Below the pieces are notes generated by a model. That model saw only the letters and a program-made list of their open reading frames with translations, had not been told where the DNA came from and did no database searches. Both the position numbers and the translations under genes were made by a program. A stretch of 64,000 bases of DNA from a virus, in the IMG/VR virus record IMGVR_UViG_3300017739_000006; one strand, given 5' to 3'. This document shows positions 63,755 to 64,000 of this stretch, in pieces (within the stretch, counting starts at the first letter, position 1; each line of letters opens with the position of its first letter).

Positions 63755-64000
63755 TTGAGCGTTAATCTTCGCAAGCACCAACAGAGAGCAGTAGACGCTA
63801 TGAAGCGTGAGACTAAAGGTCAGGTCATCATCCCTACAGGTGGCGGCAAGACAATGTGTATGATCTATGATGCTTTAAGGACGCTCAACACTAACAGCAA
63901 CAGCACCATTGTAGTTGTTGCACCTCGTATCCTACTCGCTAATCAGTTGAGTGAGGAGTTTATGCAGTTCCTTAAGGCAGATTGGGTTCACGTCTATCAC
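63755..64000 (+). CDS. Superfamily 2 (DEAD/type III Res-like) helicase, N-terminal part (truncated)
   Basis: LRKHQQRA Q-motif, IPTGGGKT Walker A, VVAPRILLANQL; SD AGGAG; open to the window end. Confidence 0.8.
   Translation, partial: MSVNLRKHQQRAVDAMKRETKGQVIIPTGGGKTMCMIYDALRTLNTNSNSTIVVVAPRILLANQLSEEFMQFLKADWVHVYH

Overview
A 64 kb segment of a T4-like marine cyanomyovirus genome (probably a Synechococcus/Prochlorococcus phage). It is AT-rich, densely coding and almost entirely on the + strand. In order it carries: replication and nucleotide genes (gp61 primase, nrdA, nrdB); a leader resembling tandem glutamine riboswitches upstream of small DUF4278-like ORFs; talC; a GIY-YIG nuclease; tRNA-Arg(TCT); three hli genes; psbA with a PhotoRC-II-like leader; a 1216-aa virion-type protein; tRNA-Ser(TGA); the core block grx, rnh, thyX, phoH, exonuclease, gp33, gp32; baseplate and tail genes (gp53, gp48, gp4, gp2, tube-like, gp26, gp51, two tape-measure-like genes, hub, gp5); cp12; a psbN-like gene; two cpeT-like genes; tail-fibre and Gly-rich adhesin genes; then an apparent operon of two flavin-dependent halogenases plus several 2OG-Fe(II) oxygenases; and the start of an early-type region ending in a truncated helicase. 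The most notable observations are: (1) two glutamine-riboswitch-like aptamers, the second with a whole 56-aa ORF nested in its loop and complementary loops that could pair the two aptamers; (2) a canonical -1 slippery site that would fuse gp26 to gp51 just upstream of the tape-measure-like genes; (3) the halogenase/oxygenase operon coupled to the adhesin genes; (4) a YkuD/Tlde1-like domain in a tape-measure-like protein; (5) strong apparent avoidance of CATG, AGCT and CCGG. All family assignments come from motif recognition by eye; no database searches were run.
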